The translations under genes were made by a program, and so were the position numbers. Under the pieces are notes generated by a model that saw only the letters and a list, made by a program, of their open reading frames with translations, made no database searches and had not been told where the DNA came from. Below, one piece after another: positions 38,084 through 47,560 of a stretch of 64,000 bases of DNA (positions are counted from its first letter, which is position 1; each line of letters begins with the position of its first letter). The stretch is from contig CAYRTS010000005.1 in NCBI GenBank assembly GCA_964427285.1, positions 3,646 through 67,645 of the forward strand, written 5' to 3'. This DNA comes from an uncultured Anaerolineaceae bacterium (lineage in GTDB: Bacteria > Chloroflexota > Limnocylindria > Limnocylindrales > CSP1-4).

Positions 38084-39483
38084 GCCGGTGGGTCACCCGC
38101 CCCGGCGCGTGGTTCGCGGATCCGCGCCGGCACGCCGAACGCCAGTTTGCCCGGAGGCACGTCGCGAGTCACCACCGCCCCGGCGCCGGTCCGGGCGCCC
38201 GCGCCGATGTCGCGCGGCGCCACGATCATCGTGTCGACCCCGATGAAGGCCCCATCCCCGATCGTGGTCGGATGCTTGGTCGTGCCGTCGTAGTTGGCCG
38301 TGATCGTCCCCGCCCCGACGTTGACCCGCTCACCGACCCGCGCGTCACCGAGATAGCTGACGTGATGCTGTTTCGACCCCGGGCCGAGCCGGGTGTTCTT
38401 GAGCTCGGCAAAGTTGCCGACCTCGGCGCCGCGACCCACGACGCTGCCCGGCCGCAGGTGGCTGTACGGCCCGACGATCGCCTCATCCTCGATGGTCGAG
38501 GCCTCGACGACGCTGGCCCAGACGCGCGCGCGGCGCCCGACGACGGCATCGATCAGCTGGCTCCCGGCCCCGATGACGCTGCCCTCACCGACCGTGGTGG
38601 TGCCCTTCAGGATCACGTTGGGCTCGATGGTCACGTCGGCGGCCAGCTCGACGGACCAGTCGAGGTAGACCGTGGAGGGGTCGCGCATGGTGACGCCATT
38701 GGCCATGTGGGCTTCGTTGAGCCGGACCCGCATCGTCCACTCGGCGGCGGCGAGTTGCGATCGGTCGTTGATCCCGTCAAACCGTCCGTCGTCCTCGAAG
38801 CCGACGGCGCTGACGATCCGGCCATCCTCGCGGGCGAGGCGGACCAGGTCGGTCAGGTACACCTCGCCGGTCACCGCGGACGACCTGAGCGTGCCGATCC
38901 TCCGGCGCAACCAGGCAGCATCGAAGGCATACAGGCCGGCGTTGGTCTCGTTGCCGGCAAGCTCCTCGGGCGTCGCATCACGGGCCTCGACGATCCGCTC
39001 CACGGTTCCAAACTCGCCGCGGATGACCCGTCCGAGCCGGGCGGGATCTGCGGCAAAGACACTGGCCAGGGCGATCGCCGCGTCATCGGCCCGGCGTGCC
39101 TCGACGATGGCGTCGAGATCGGCACCGGTCACCAGCGGGACATCGCCACTGAGCACGACGATCTCTCCCGCGTCGTCGGGGACCGCCACCATGGCCGCGC
39201 GAACGGCATCGCCGGAACCGCGCGGCTCCGCCTGCAGCGCGAATGTGGCGCGCTCGGCAACGACCCCGATGATCGTCTCAACCGCCGGCGAGTAGACCAC
39301 GATCGGGCGCGATGCCATACCGCTGGCCGTGCTCGCCCAGGCGTCGATGACGTACGCGAGCATCGCCCGACCGCACAGTTGGTGGAGCACCTTGGGGGTG
39401 CTCGAGCGCATTCGCGTCCCGAGGCCGGCCGCGAGGACGACCGCGACCGTACGGGTCGACTGGCCTGCTTCGGGGGGGTTCAC
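38080..39483 (-). CDS. glmU: Bifunctional GlcNAc-1-P uridyltransferase / GlcN-1-P acetyltransferase
   Basis: LAAGLGTRMRS..PKVLH, LSGDVPL, hexapeptide repeats, HVSYLGDA and ITANYDG. Confidence 0.96.
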   Translation of the reverse strand: MNPPEAGQSTRTVAVVLAAGLGTRMRSSTPKVLHQLCGRAMLAYVIDAWASTASGMASRPIVVYSPAVETIIGVVAERATFALQAEPRGSGDAVRAAMVAVPDDAGEIVVLSGDVPLVTGADLDAIVEARRADDAAIALASVFAADPARLGRVIRGEFGTVERIVEARDATPEELAGNETNAGLYAFDAAWLRRRIGTLRSSAVTGEVYLTDLVRLAREDGRIVSAVGFEDDGRFDGINDRSQLAAAEWTMRVRLNEAHMANGVTMRDPSTVYLDWSVELAADVTIEPNVILKGTTTVGEGSVIGAGSQLIDAVVGRRARVWASVVEASTIEDEAIVGPYSHLRPGSVVGRGAEVGNFAELKNTRLGPGSKQHHVSYLGDARVGERVNVGAGTITANYDGTTKHPTTIGDGAFIGVDTMIVAPRDIGAGARTGAGAVVTRDVPPGKLAFGVPARIREPRAGAGDPPA

Positions 39484-39583
39484 GAGGCGGGACGCCGACG
39501 CGGCCCGGCCTGGGAGCGATCGTCGTTCCCGATCCGGTCCGGATCCGGTGCCGTTGGGTCAACTGTCATCAGTGGGTCGAGGC

Positions 39584-39613
39584 ATCGTAGGGGTGGCCTC
39601 GGAGCGGTGTCAA
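39584..39613 (-). promoter_or_regulatory. glmU promoter TTGACA-N18-TACGAT
   Basis: -35 at 39608-39613 and -10 at 39584-39589, read directly. Confidence 0.7.
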
Positions 39614-39616
39614 CCG

Positions 39617-39674
39617 ACGGTCCGATCACTCACGGTCCGATCACTCACGGTCCGATCACTCACGGTCCGATCAC
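39617..39674. repeat. 15-bp tandem repeat ACGGTCCGATCACTC x about 3.9
   Basis: Three exact units (39617, 39632, 39647) plus a 13-bp fourth unit (39662). Confidence 0.95.
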
Positions 39675-39712
39675 GCGACCGCCGGACCGCCGGACCCCGG
39701 GGCGCCCGCGGT

Positions 39713-40099
39713 TCAGGCATGCAACCGGGCGATGACCTCGACCTCGATCCGCGCGCCCTTTGGCAACGCGGCTACCGCGACCGTCGAGCGGGCCGGGGGC
39801 GGATCCGCCATGAACCGCCCGTAGATCGCATTGACCGTCGCGAATTCGGACATGTCCACGAGGAAGATCGTGGTCTTGAGCACATCGCCCCAGCTGCTCC
39901 CGGCGGCCTTCAGGACCGCGGTCACGTTGGCCATCACCCGTTCCGTCTCGGGTTCGATGCCGCCCTCCACCAGCACGCCGGTGGCCGGATCGAGGGCCAC
40001 CTGGCCGGCCGTGAACAGGAGGTTTTCGATCGCGATCGCCTGGCTGTACGGGCCGATGGCGACCGGTGCACCGGTGGTGGAGATGGCTCGACGGGTCAT
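39713..40099 (-). CDS. ridA: RidA (YjgF/YER057c/UK114) enamine/imine deaminase
   Basis: GPYSQA, LFTAGQ, KTTIFL, PARSTV..LPKGARIEVE. Confidence 0.93.
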   Translation of the reverse strand: MTRRAISTTGAPVAIGPYSQAIAIENLLFTAGQVALDPATGVLVEGGIEPETERVMANVTAVLKAAGSSWGDVLKTTIFLVDMSEFATVNAIYGRFMADPPPARSTVAVAALPKGARIEVEVIARLHA

Positions 40100-41118
40100 G
40101 ACTGGCTCCCATGCTGGTGGCCGCCCGTGATGGTCGTGGCGGTGACGAACGGATGGATGGCTCCCGGCGCCGCGAGTTGCCCGCCACGGAGCGCAGCGGT
40201 GACGACCTCTGCGGCCTCGGCGGCCATGGCCACCGAAGCATAGAGCGCCCAGAGTGTTGGGCCCGAGCCGGACAGACCGATTGGCCGGACGAGCAGTCGA
40301 CTCAGCGCCCGCCGAAAGGGCACGAGGGCCGGGACCAGCAGCGCGGTTGCGCGCAGCAGGTCGTTGGCCACGGTCAGGGCACCGGCGCGCGCCACCAGGT
40401 CAGCCGTCGACAGGTTCGCCCGTAGCTCTTCGGCCAGGTGGGTCGACGTCATGCGCACGGCGGGGTCGCCATGGGTCGCCGTCGCGTCGAATGCCGCGAA
40501 GACGTCGGCTGTCGAGACTCGGATGGCGGGTGTGACCAGCAGAACGCCGGGCGCGCCGTGGAGCCCCGGAAGCGGCGTCACCTGCTCGCCGCGTCCCTCC
40601 ACGAGGGCGGGGGCCATGGCCAGGAAGAACGGCACGTCCGATCCGATCCGGGCGGCCAGCCGGGTGCGGGCGTCGGGTTCGAGCGTGGTGCCCCACGCTT
40701 CGAGAGCGCCGTCAACCGCCGCAGCCGCGTCCGATGAGCCACCGCCCAGACCGGCTGCGACCGGGATCCGCTTCTCCAGCCGGGCCGCGAGGGCCGGCGC
40801 GGGGCCGGGACCGCCGACCCAGGCCCCCCCAACGGCTGCGCGGGCCGCCGCGATGGCTCGCAGGACCAGGTTCTGTCCCGGCGGCCCGGCGTCGAACCCG
40901 GCGACGTAGAGCGTGTCGTCGGTGCTGCCGGAAGGCGCGAGGCTGAGCCGATCCGCCAGGTCCAGGGGGACGAAGACGGAGTGCAGGCTGTGGTAGCCGT
41001 CGTCGCGTCGCCCGGTCACCGCCAGGGTCAGGTTCAGCTTGGCCGGCGCGAGGCGGACGACCGGGGCGAGACGACGCGACGGATCCGCCGCCGCCGGGCC
41101 GCCGGGTTCCCGGGTCAT
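40096..41118 (-). CDS. ispE: 4-diphosphocytidyl-2-C-methyl-D-erythritol kinase
   Basis: APAKLNLTL, KRIPVAAGLGGGSSDA, GSDVPFF and LSGSGPT. Confidence 0.93.
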   Translation of the reverse strand: MTREPGGPAAADPSRRLAPVVRLAPAKLNLTLAVTGRRDDGYHSLHSVFVPLDLADRLSLAPSGSTDDTLYVAGFDAGPPGQNLVLRAIAAARAAVGGAWVGGPGPAPALAARLEKRIPVAAGLGGGSSDAAAAVDGALEAWGTTLEPDARTRLAARIGSDVPFFLAMAPALVEGRGEQVTPLPGLHGAPGVLLVTPAIRVSTADVFAAFDATATHGDPAVRMTSTHLAEELRANLSTADLVARAGALTVANDLLRATALLVPALVPFRRALSRLLVRPIGLSGSGPTLWALYASVAMAAEAAEVVTAALRGGQLAAPGAIHPFVTATTITGGHQHGSQS

Positions 41119-42002
41119 GAGCTCCCCCGCCGGCCGCGCACATCCGCGCCGAGCGGGCCGAGGACCCTGAGCAGGACCAGCCATTCCCCGACGGCGAGCG
41201 TCTGTGGACGCCGTTCGGGATGAATCCCCGCGGCCTCCAGGGCCGCCGACACACGCTCGGCATCGATCGGGAGCTGTCGTGACAGGACGTTATGGATCAT
41301 CTTGCGTCGCTCACGGAACGCCGCCTGGACGAGGCGCCACAGCTGATCCTCGGCGGCCGCATCCAGGCGATCGTCGGCGTCGTACGGATCGATCACGATC
41401 ACGGCGGATTCGACGGCGGGCTCCGGCTCGAAGGCCGCGGCCGGAACGTTGAACGCGATCCGGACCCGGGCGTGGTACTGCACGAAGACGGATAGGTAGC
41501 TCATCCTGCCGGGCGGGGCCGCGATCCGCTCGGCAACCTCGCGCTGGACCATCAGGACGGCCCGCCGCGGCCGTGGCGTGGCACCGAGGAGCGCGTGGAG
41601 GATCGGGCTCGTGATGTGATACGGCAGGTTGGCGACCACGTCATAGGGCGGCTGGACGAGCCGCGCGAGATCCTGGTCGAGCGCGTCGCCTTCGATCAGG
41701 CGGAGATGGCCCCCCGCGACGGGCACCGCGAATCGGTCGCGCAGCAACGCCGCGAGGCCACGGTCCAGTTCCACCGCGGTGATCGTCGCGCCGGTGTCCA
41801 GCATCCCGCCGGTCAGCAGTCCGAGCCCCGGGCCGATCTCGAGGATTCGTCGAGTCGGCCCAGGATCCGCCTCCGCCAGGATGGCCTCGAGCACGTCCGG
41901 GTCGGCCAGGAAGTTCTGGGACAGGCCGTGGCGTGCACGCAGCCCGGCCGCGCGGAGCGTCGCCCGGACCGCCGCAGGATCAACGCGCGTGGCAGGCGCC
42001 AC
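41115..42002 (-). CDS. rsmA: 16S rRNA m6,6A dimethyltransferase
   Basis: SQNFL, LEIGPGLG, VANLPYHIT, MVQREVA and RERRKM. Confidence 0.95.
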   Translation of the reverse strand: MAPATRVDPAAVRATLRAAGLRARHGLSQNFLADPDVLEAILAEADPGPTRRILEIGPGLGLLTGGMLDTGATITAVELDRGLAALLRDRFAVPVAGGHLRLIEGDALDQDLARLVQPPYDVVANLPYHITSPILHALLGATPRPRRAVLMVQREVAERIAAPPGRMSYLSVFVQYHARVRIAFNVPAAAFEPEPAVESAVIVIDPYDADDRLDAAAEDQLWRLVQAAFRERRKMIHNVLSRQLPIDAERVSAALEAAGIHPERRPQTLAVGEWLVLLRVLGPLGADVRGRRGSS

Positions 42003-43088
42003 TCAGCGAGCAGCCAGCGGCAGCGACGGACGGGCATCCAGGTCCATTCCGGCGCGTTCCCCCGCTGCGAACCGCCGGGCACCGGCCGCCCCGATCATCG
42101 CCCCGTTGTCTGTGCACAAGGCGGGCCGCGGCACGAACAGCGGAACCCCCAGCGCCTCCGCCTCATTGGCCAGTCGGGCGCGCAGGGCGCCGTTGGCCGC
42201 CACACCCCCACCGAGCACGATGGATTTCGCGCCGACGGCCCGCGCGGCCCGGATCGTCTTGGTCGCGAGCACGTCGACGACGGCATCCTGGAACCCCCAG
42301 GCGAGTTCCGCGGTCACCGCGGCGGGCAACGCCGTCTCCGGTTCGCCGGTGAGGCCTGTTTCGGCACGCGCATCGGTCACGACCCGGCGGGCCGCCGTCT
42401 TGAGCCCGGAGAAACTGAAGTCGAACGAGCGACCGAGCCAGGCCCGCGGAAAGACCCGATCGCGCGACGTCGCTTCATCGGCCGCCCGACCGATGGCCGG
42501 GCCACCGGGATAGCCCAGTCCCAGGAGCCGGCCCACCTTGTCGAATGCCTCGCCCGCGGCATCGTCCACGGTCGAACCCAGCAGGCGATACGTCAGGTGG
42601 TCCGCCATCTCGGTCAGGAAGGTATGCCCGCCGGACACGACCAGGGCCACCAGCGGGAAGATCGGATCGTCGCGCTCCGCCTCGCCGGGATCGCGAAGCC
42701 AGGCCGCGTAGACATGGCCTTCGAGGTGGTTGACCCCGATCAGGGGTAGGTCGTGCACCCATGCCAGGGCCTTGGCGAAGTTAATCCCGACCAGCAGCGA
42801 GCCTGCCAGACCAGGCCCCCGCGTGACCGCGACCGCGTCGATGGCGGACCACTCGACGGCGGCATCGGCCAGCGCCTGGTCGAGGACCGGGACGATCCAG
42901 CGCAGGTGGGCACGGGCGGCGACTTCGGGAACAATCCCGCCGGTCGGCGCATGCAGCGCAACCTGCGACGCGACGACATTCGAGCGGATCGCCCGCCCGG
43001 CTTCGATCACGGCGATGCCGGTCTCGTCGCAGGACGACTCCACGGCCAGGATCAACGACCCACTCACGCGCGTGTCATCGCGTGACAT
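42003..43088 (-). CDS. tsaD: tRNA threonylcarbamoyltransferase TsaD
   Basis: ESSCDETG, HLEGH, VSGGHT, DDAAGEAFDK, FSFSGLKT and CTDNGAMI. Confidence 0.96.
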   Translation of the reverse strand: MSRDDTRVSGSLILAVESSCDETGIAVIEAGRAIRSNVVASQVALHAPTGGIVPEVAARAHLRWIVPVLDQALADAAVEWSAIDAVAVTRGPGLAGSLLVGINFAKALAWVHDLPLIGVNHLEGHVYAAWLRDPGEAERDDPIFPLVALVVSGGHTFLTEMADHLTYRLLGSTVDDAAGEAFDKVGRLLGLGYPGGPAIGRAADEATSRDRVFPRAWLGRSFDFSFSGLKTAARRVVTDARAETGLTGEPETALPAAVTAELAWGFQDAVVDVLATKTIRAARAVGAKSIVLGGGVAANGALRARLANEAEALGVPLFVPRPALCTDNGAMIGAAGARRFAAGERAGMDLDARPSLPLAAR

Positions 43089-43677
43089 CCCGCAGTGGAT
43101 CGCCCACTTGATCGCCCACTTGATCCGCCGCTCGCTCCGCCGAGGGCGACGGGTGCGGCGCCGCGTCGATCGCCGCGCGAAGCCGGACGATCCGCTGGCG
43201 CATCGGTGAGTCGGGCAGCGGATCGGTGGTCATGATCAGGGCGTCCTCGCCGTTGTCGTTGTAGTAGCGCGGCCGCAGCCCGACCGGCCGAAAGCCGAAT
43301 TTCTCGTAGAGCCGCCGAGCTGGCAAGTTCGACAGGCGAACCTCGAGCGTCGCCTCGCGGGCGCCGGCGTCCAGCGCGATATCGAGCATGGCCAGGAGGA
43401 GCCGACCGCCGATCTGCTGGCGACGCCAGGCCGGGTGGACGGCGAACGTGATGATGTGGGCCTCATCGACCATCAGCCACATGCCGCCATAGGCCACGAT
43501 CTCATCACCGGCCCGCATCACCAGGTACTGGGCCAGCCGGTTCGTTGCGAGCTCGCTCCGGTACGCATCCGGCGGCCACGGGGAATCGAAGCTGGCGCGC
43601 TCGATGGCGGCGATCGCGTCGAGGTCGCCGGCCAGCATCGGCACGATCTGCAGCTTCAGCGGGGGTCGCGCGACCAT
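43075..43677 (-). CDS. rimI: Ribosomal-protein alanine N-acetyltransferase
   Basis: GNAT with EAHIITFAVHP..RRQQIG, LEVRLSN..LYEKFGF..YY..DNGEDA. Confidence 0.92.
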   Translation of the reverse strand: MVARPPLKLQIVPMLAGDLDAIAAIERASFDSPWPPDAYRSELATNRLAQYLVMRAGDEIVAYGGMWLMVDEAHIITFAVHPAWRRQQIGGRLLLAMLDIALDAGAREATLEVRLSNLPARRLYEKFGFRPVGLRPRYYNDNGEDALIMTTDPLPDSPMRQRIVRLRAAIDAAPHPSPSAERAADQVGDQVGDPLRDVTR

Positions 43678-44372
43678 GCCACCTCCCCCGCCTGGCTGGT
43701 GATCCCGCGCGGGAGCGTCACATATTCCGGCACCAACCCGGCCAGGTCGTCCACATCGTCGACCCGAAGGCGCGCGGCGCCCAACGACAGTAGCGCTGCC
43801 CCGAGCCGGCCGCGGGCCGCCTCGCCAAGCTCGATGGCGTCCTCCGGGGCCCGACCGGCCAGGTCGACCGCGATCAAGTGCTCATCGGCGGCGAGCGCGG
43901 GCTCATCGCCACCGGCCAGCAATTTGGGGCGGCCGCCGCGACGGACCAGGATTCGGTCGGATGGTCCGGCGGGCAGGAGCAGCACGGGTCGTCCGTCGCC
44001 GTCGCTGTCGCCGTCGGGAGAGCTGGCCAGCAGCGCCTCGGCCGTGGAGATTCCGACGATCGGCAGACCGAGTCCATGCGCCAGCCCCTTGGCGGTCGCC
44101 ATCCCGACGCGCAGCCCGGTGAAGGCGCCGGGTCCGATGCCGACCACGATCGCGGTCAGCCTTGAACGCCGGACGTTCAGCTCGGCGAGGAACCGACTGG
44201 TCGTGGCCAGCAGCGTTTCGCCATGGCGGTAGCCGGCCTCCCAGCTGGCGATTCCCTCGACCTGCCCATCCGCTGACCCGATCGCCACGACGATCCGGGT
44301 CGTCGCGGTGTCCATCGCCAGGATCGCCCGCCGGCGGCCCTCGCGAGCCGAGCTGGTGCGCCCGCCCGTCAT
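43656..44372 (-). CDS. tsaB: tRNA threonylcarbamoyladenosine biosynthesis protein TsaB
   Basis: LAMDTAT and GIGPGAFTGLRVG. Confidence 0.93.
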   Translation of the reverse strand: MTGGRTSSAREGRRRAILAMDTATTRIVVAIGSADGQVEGIASWEAGYRHGETLLATTSRFLAELNVRRSRLTAIVVGIGPGAFTGLRVGMATAKGLAHGLGLPIVGISTAEALLASSPDGDSDGDGRPVLLLPAGPSDRILVRRGGRPKLLAGGDEPALAADEHLIAVDLAGRAPEDAIELGEAARGRLGAALLSLGAARLRVDDVDDLAGLVPEYVTLPRGITSQAGEVAWSRDPR

Positions 44373-44845
44373 GGGATCGCGTCCAGGTAGCGTCGGAGTG
44401 CCGGCGTACCCGCGCGGACCGTGATGACCCGTCGCTCGTCAGCGGCGCCGTCGATCCGGACGTCGAGGCGATTGACGGGCAACGCCGCACGCATCCTGTC
44501 TGGCCACTCCACGACCGTGACCCCGACGCTCTGCCGATCATCGATCAGGCCGCCGGCCAGGGCATCGGTCGCCTCGGCGAGCCGGTACAGATCGAGGTGG
44601 AAGAGCGGCAGGCGACCGACATACTCGGCCATCAGGATGTAGCTCGGTGACACGATCGTGTCGGTCACGCCAAGTCCGGCCCCAAAGGCCTTGGCCAGGT
44701 GCGTCTTGCCCGCGCCCAGGTCGCCCCACAGGCAGATCAGGTCACCCGGCTGGGCCGCAGCCGCCAGCGCCAGGCCGAGCGCAGCAGTGGCCGCCGGATC
44801 GACAGCCTCGATGCGACGCTCGGGGACCGTGCCCGCTGCCTTCAA
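44369..44845 (-). CDS. tsaE: tRNA threonylcarbamoyladenosine biosynthesis ATPase TsaE
   Basis: GDLGAGKT, SPSY, HLDLYRL and VVEWP. Start estimated at TTG 44845, 1 nt after the upstream stop. Confidence 0.92.
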   Translation of the reverse strand: MKAAGTVPERRIEAVDPAATAALGLALAAAAQPGDLICLWGDLGAGKTHLAKAFGAGLGVTDTIVSPSYILMAEYVGRLPLFHLDLYRLAEATDALAGGLIDDRQSVGVTVVEWPDRMRAALPVNRLDVRIDGAADERRVITVRAGTPALRRYLDAIP

Positions 44846-44846
44846 T

Positions 44847-45839
44847 TCAAGCGAACCGTTCGAGGTCACCGAGTGGAACGGCGACCACGCTTCCATCGGC
44901 CAACCGGACGAGACACGCCTCGAGGTCCGTGCCTCCGCCAAATCGACGCGGCCCGATGGCCTCGACAAACCGGCCCTCGCGACCGGCGTGTACACCTGCT
45001 CGAACACGGACGAGATCGACCGGCGGCGTGGGGACGATGAGCCCGGGGACGTCGAAGACCAGCATCGGCGGATCCGCGACGATCGCGACCTCGTGCCCGG
45101 ACAGGGCGCCGAGCAGGGCCAGCACGGCTCCGGCCAGGGGCCGCCGGACGGCACCGTCGAGGACCAGAACAGCGAACGATGGCAGGCGATGGAGGGCGGA
45201 GCGCTGACGAGCCTCCGAGGCTAGGAAATCACGCCGTTCCTTGCTCGACAGGGCGTTGACGACGACACCGCGCACGCCCATCGCCCGGGCCCGGGTCAGC
45301 GTCTCAGCATCCACCCTCGATCCAACCACCAGGATCGTCCCGGCGGCGTTGACGTCGAGGCCACCGGCGCGCAACTCCCGTTCCGTGCCTCCGCGCAGCC
45401 GGCCGCGGGTTGGCCCGCCGAGCGCCACGATCCCGGGCAGGCCCCGGCCAGCCGCCCGCACCGTAATCGAGGAGCCCGCGCGCACGTCGCGCACAATCCC
45501 GGCGCACGGCGTTTCCAGCGGGTCACTGAGCGCTCCTCCGGCCACCCGCCAGCGACCCCGCCAGGCAAACAGGAACTCGCCACCTTCAAACCGTCCGTCA
45601 CGTCGATTGGCCAGTCCCGGCCAGCGCCCGCCGGGCTCGGGATCGAGCCGGTTGGAAACGTTGATCTCCTCAAGACCGGGGTCGCGCAGCCGCTCGGCGA
45701 TCGGCGCCCCCACGACCACCGTTTCGCCCGCTGCGACCAGCGCATGATCCCCCGGCGTGAGGCGAAACCTGACGTCGACGGGCTCCACGATCAGCGATCG
45801 CGCGGGCACAAGTCCGACGTTGGAGGCGGCACTCGTCAT
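44847..45839 (-). CDS. Hypothetical protein, partner of the GlmL-like gene
   Basis: Translationally coupled (TGATG). Hybrid-barrel-like N-terminus (VAAGETVVVG..ETPCAGIV), alpha/beta middle, SH3/KOW-like C-terminus. Confidence 0.7.
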   Translation of the reverse strand: MTSAASNVGLVPARSLIVEPVDVRFRLTPGDHALVAAGETVVVGAPIAERLRDPGLEEINVSNRLDPEPGGRWPGLANRRDGRFEGGEFLFAWRGRWRVAGGALSDPLETPCAGIVRDVRAGSSITVRAAGRGLPGIVALGGPTRGRLRGGTERELRAGGLDVNAAGTILVVGSRVDAETLTRARAMGVRGVVVNALSSKERRDFLASEARQRSALHRLPSFAVLVLDGAVRRPLAGAVLALLGALSGHEVAIVADPPMLVFDVPGLIVPTPPVDLVRVRAGVHAGREGRFVEAIGPRRFGGGTDLEACLVRLADGSVVAVPLGDLERFA

Positions 45840-47473
45840 CAAGCGGCCCCCACACGGACCGCAGTTCCCCACGTCTCGAGGAGATCGTGGCGCAGGTCAG
45901 CCCGATCCGGGAGCTTGAGTGGCACGCCGCGCAGGTCCACGACCAGGCCGACCAGGCCGCCGGTGACGTCAATCGCGAAATGTCGACCGCGACCGCCCAG
46001 CCGAACCGCGTCATGAAACCGGAATTCCGCAACTGAGGACGCGCCGGGGGCCAGCCAGATCGACGCGAGGCCCCCCGGCTCCAGGTTGACCAGGTCCACC
46101 TTGCCGTCGCGGGCGCGGTCACCTTCGTCGCCAGTGTGGTTGCCGTGGAGCACGAGCGTGCCCGGGTTTCGGTCTTGACGCTGTCCGGCGGGCATGACCA
46201 CCGTCCCGAGCGGCAGCAGCACGTCGTCGAGGAGGTCGGCCACGATCGCGCGGCGCTCCCGCAGGTCCGCGATGGATCCAAGTGGAGCGAGCAGCCGAGC
46301 ATGGTCCATTCCTATCTGGACCACCCCGTGGCGTCGCAGCACGTCGATGATGGCCAACAAGGCCGAAGCCGGCGATGCCCCCGACCAGACGCCACCGGTC
46401 GCGATCAGCAGATCGGCAGCGGGTCGCTCGATCCATTCCGGCGTTGCCTGGTCGAGGAGGCTCAGAGCCGAGCGCACGGCCGCCAACCGCAGCCGAACCC
46501 CGTCGCCGGCAGCATCCGCCCACGGCGCGATCCTGAGCTCACGAAGTCGATCGCGCAGTCGGTGTCGGTCGGTCGTCCCGGGGGACCAATCGGCCACACG
46601 ATCGACGACCTCGTCATCGGGTTCGGCCGGAGCCAGCCCGGCGGTCGGCACGACTGCCAGATCCATCCCGGTCGCGACGGACGAATCGGTCGGCCAGGCC
46701 GCCGCCCGGGTCGCCCCGTCGAAGCCGATGTCGACGATGTCAATGCGCCGATCGAGGAGGTCGGACAGCGCGTTCGCAGCTCCGCCGAGCGTGCGGCGCG
46801 CGTCGTCACGAGGCAGGGCGAGATCGGTGAGTACCTCGCGCAGAGCGCCGCCCCGCGGGCCGCCTGACGCCGCCGATGCGAGCAGCAGCGGCGCCGGCCG
46901 ACGACCTGACTCACCGAAGGCACCCAGCTGGATCGCCATGCCGCCTGCCAGAACAACCGGTATGTCCGGTCGGCGTGCCGCCGCGGCGGCCACCAGCGCA
47001 CCGAGTTCACCCAGCGCGCGCCGCTCGTCCGCCGCGGGCGGCTCGCCCGCACCGGCGAGGATCCCGTCCACGCCGGGGTCCAGCAGGATCGTGGACATTT
47101 GCAATGGATCGACGGCTTCGGCACTGGCAGCCGAGGTTCGCCAGCCGCTGCGGGCGGCGGCTGCGACGAGTGGAGCGAGCGCTCGTTCTGATCCGGCGAT
47201 CACCGCCAGACGCGGGGCCGGGTGACTCGTGACTTCGACCTTCGGGATTTCGTCCGGGGGCGTGCGATCGAGACCCAGTGCAACCGCGATGGATGGGTCC
47301 GCTGCGATAACCCGCTCAACGAGGAGCGCGACGAGGGCGGCCGGGTCACTGCCGATCGGCAGGCAGAGGGAGCCGATCAGCCGCCAGCGGCTCCCGACTC
47401 GGCCCACCAGGGCGGTCGCGATCGTGGCGGCACCGGTGTCCTGGGTGAAGAACGCTCTGGGCGCGGTTGTCAC
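45839..47473 (-). CDS. Divergent GlmL/MutL (glutamate mutase L)-like ASKHA-fold protein
   Basis: FFTQDTGAATIATAL..RWRLIG, RIDIVDIGFDG, DLLIATGGV..LLAIIDVL and LGTVV resemble the GlmL family layout. GTG start follows a TACGAT box. Family call is from memory, not a search. Confidence 0.55.
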   Translation of the reverse strand: MTTAPRAFFTQDTGAATIATALVGRVGSRWRLIGSLCLPIGSDPAALVALLVERVIAADPSIAVALGLDRTPPDEIPKVEVTSHPAPRLAVIAGSERALAPLVAAAARSGWRTSAASAEAVDPLQMSTILLDPGVDGILAGAGEPPAADERRALGELGALVAAAAARRPDIPVVLAGGMAIQLGAFGESGRRPAPLLLASAASGGPRGGALREVLTDLALPRDDARRTLGGAANALSDLLDRRIDIVDIGFDGATRAAAWPTDSSVATGMDLAVVPTAGLAPAEPDDEVVDRVADWSPGTTDRHRLRDRLRELRIAPWADAAGDGVRLRLAAVRSALSLLDQATPEWIERPAADLLIATGGVWSGASPASALLAIIDVLRRHGVVQIGMDHARLLAPLGSIADLRERRAIVADLLDDVLLPLGTVVMPAGQRQDRNPGTLVLHGNHTGDEGDRARDGKVDLVNLEPGGLASIWLAPGASSVAEFRFHDAVRLGGRGRHFAIDVTGGLVGLVVDLRGVPLKLPDRADLRHDLLETWGTAVRVGAA

Positions 47474-47560
47474 GCCCCCATCGTAGCGGTGGTTTCGCCA
47501 GTGGGGCGCGCGGTCCACGCATCCGCGGGTCCTGCGCGCCACGGGCTCGTGGCCCGAACG

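Noticed and set aside
39617-39674. CRISPR array
   Set aside because: The units are 15 bp and contiguous, with no spacers and no cas genes.
39484-39712. tRNA-Gln, often found upstream of glmU
   Set aside because: No T-loop GTTCRA or cloverleaf on either strand.
43098-43125. 12-bp duplication GATCGCCCACTT in the rimI tail (DQVGDQVGD)
   Set aside because: A two-copy in-frame slippage in a low-complexity tail with no evident function.
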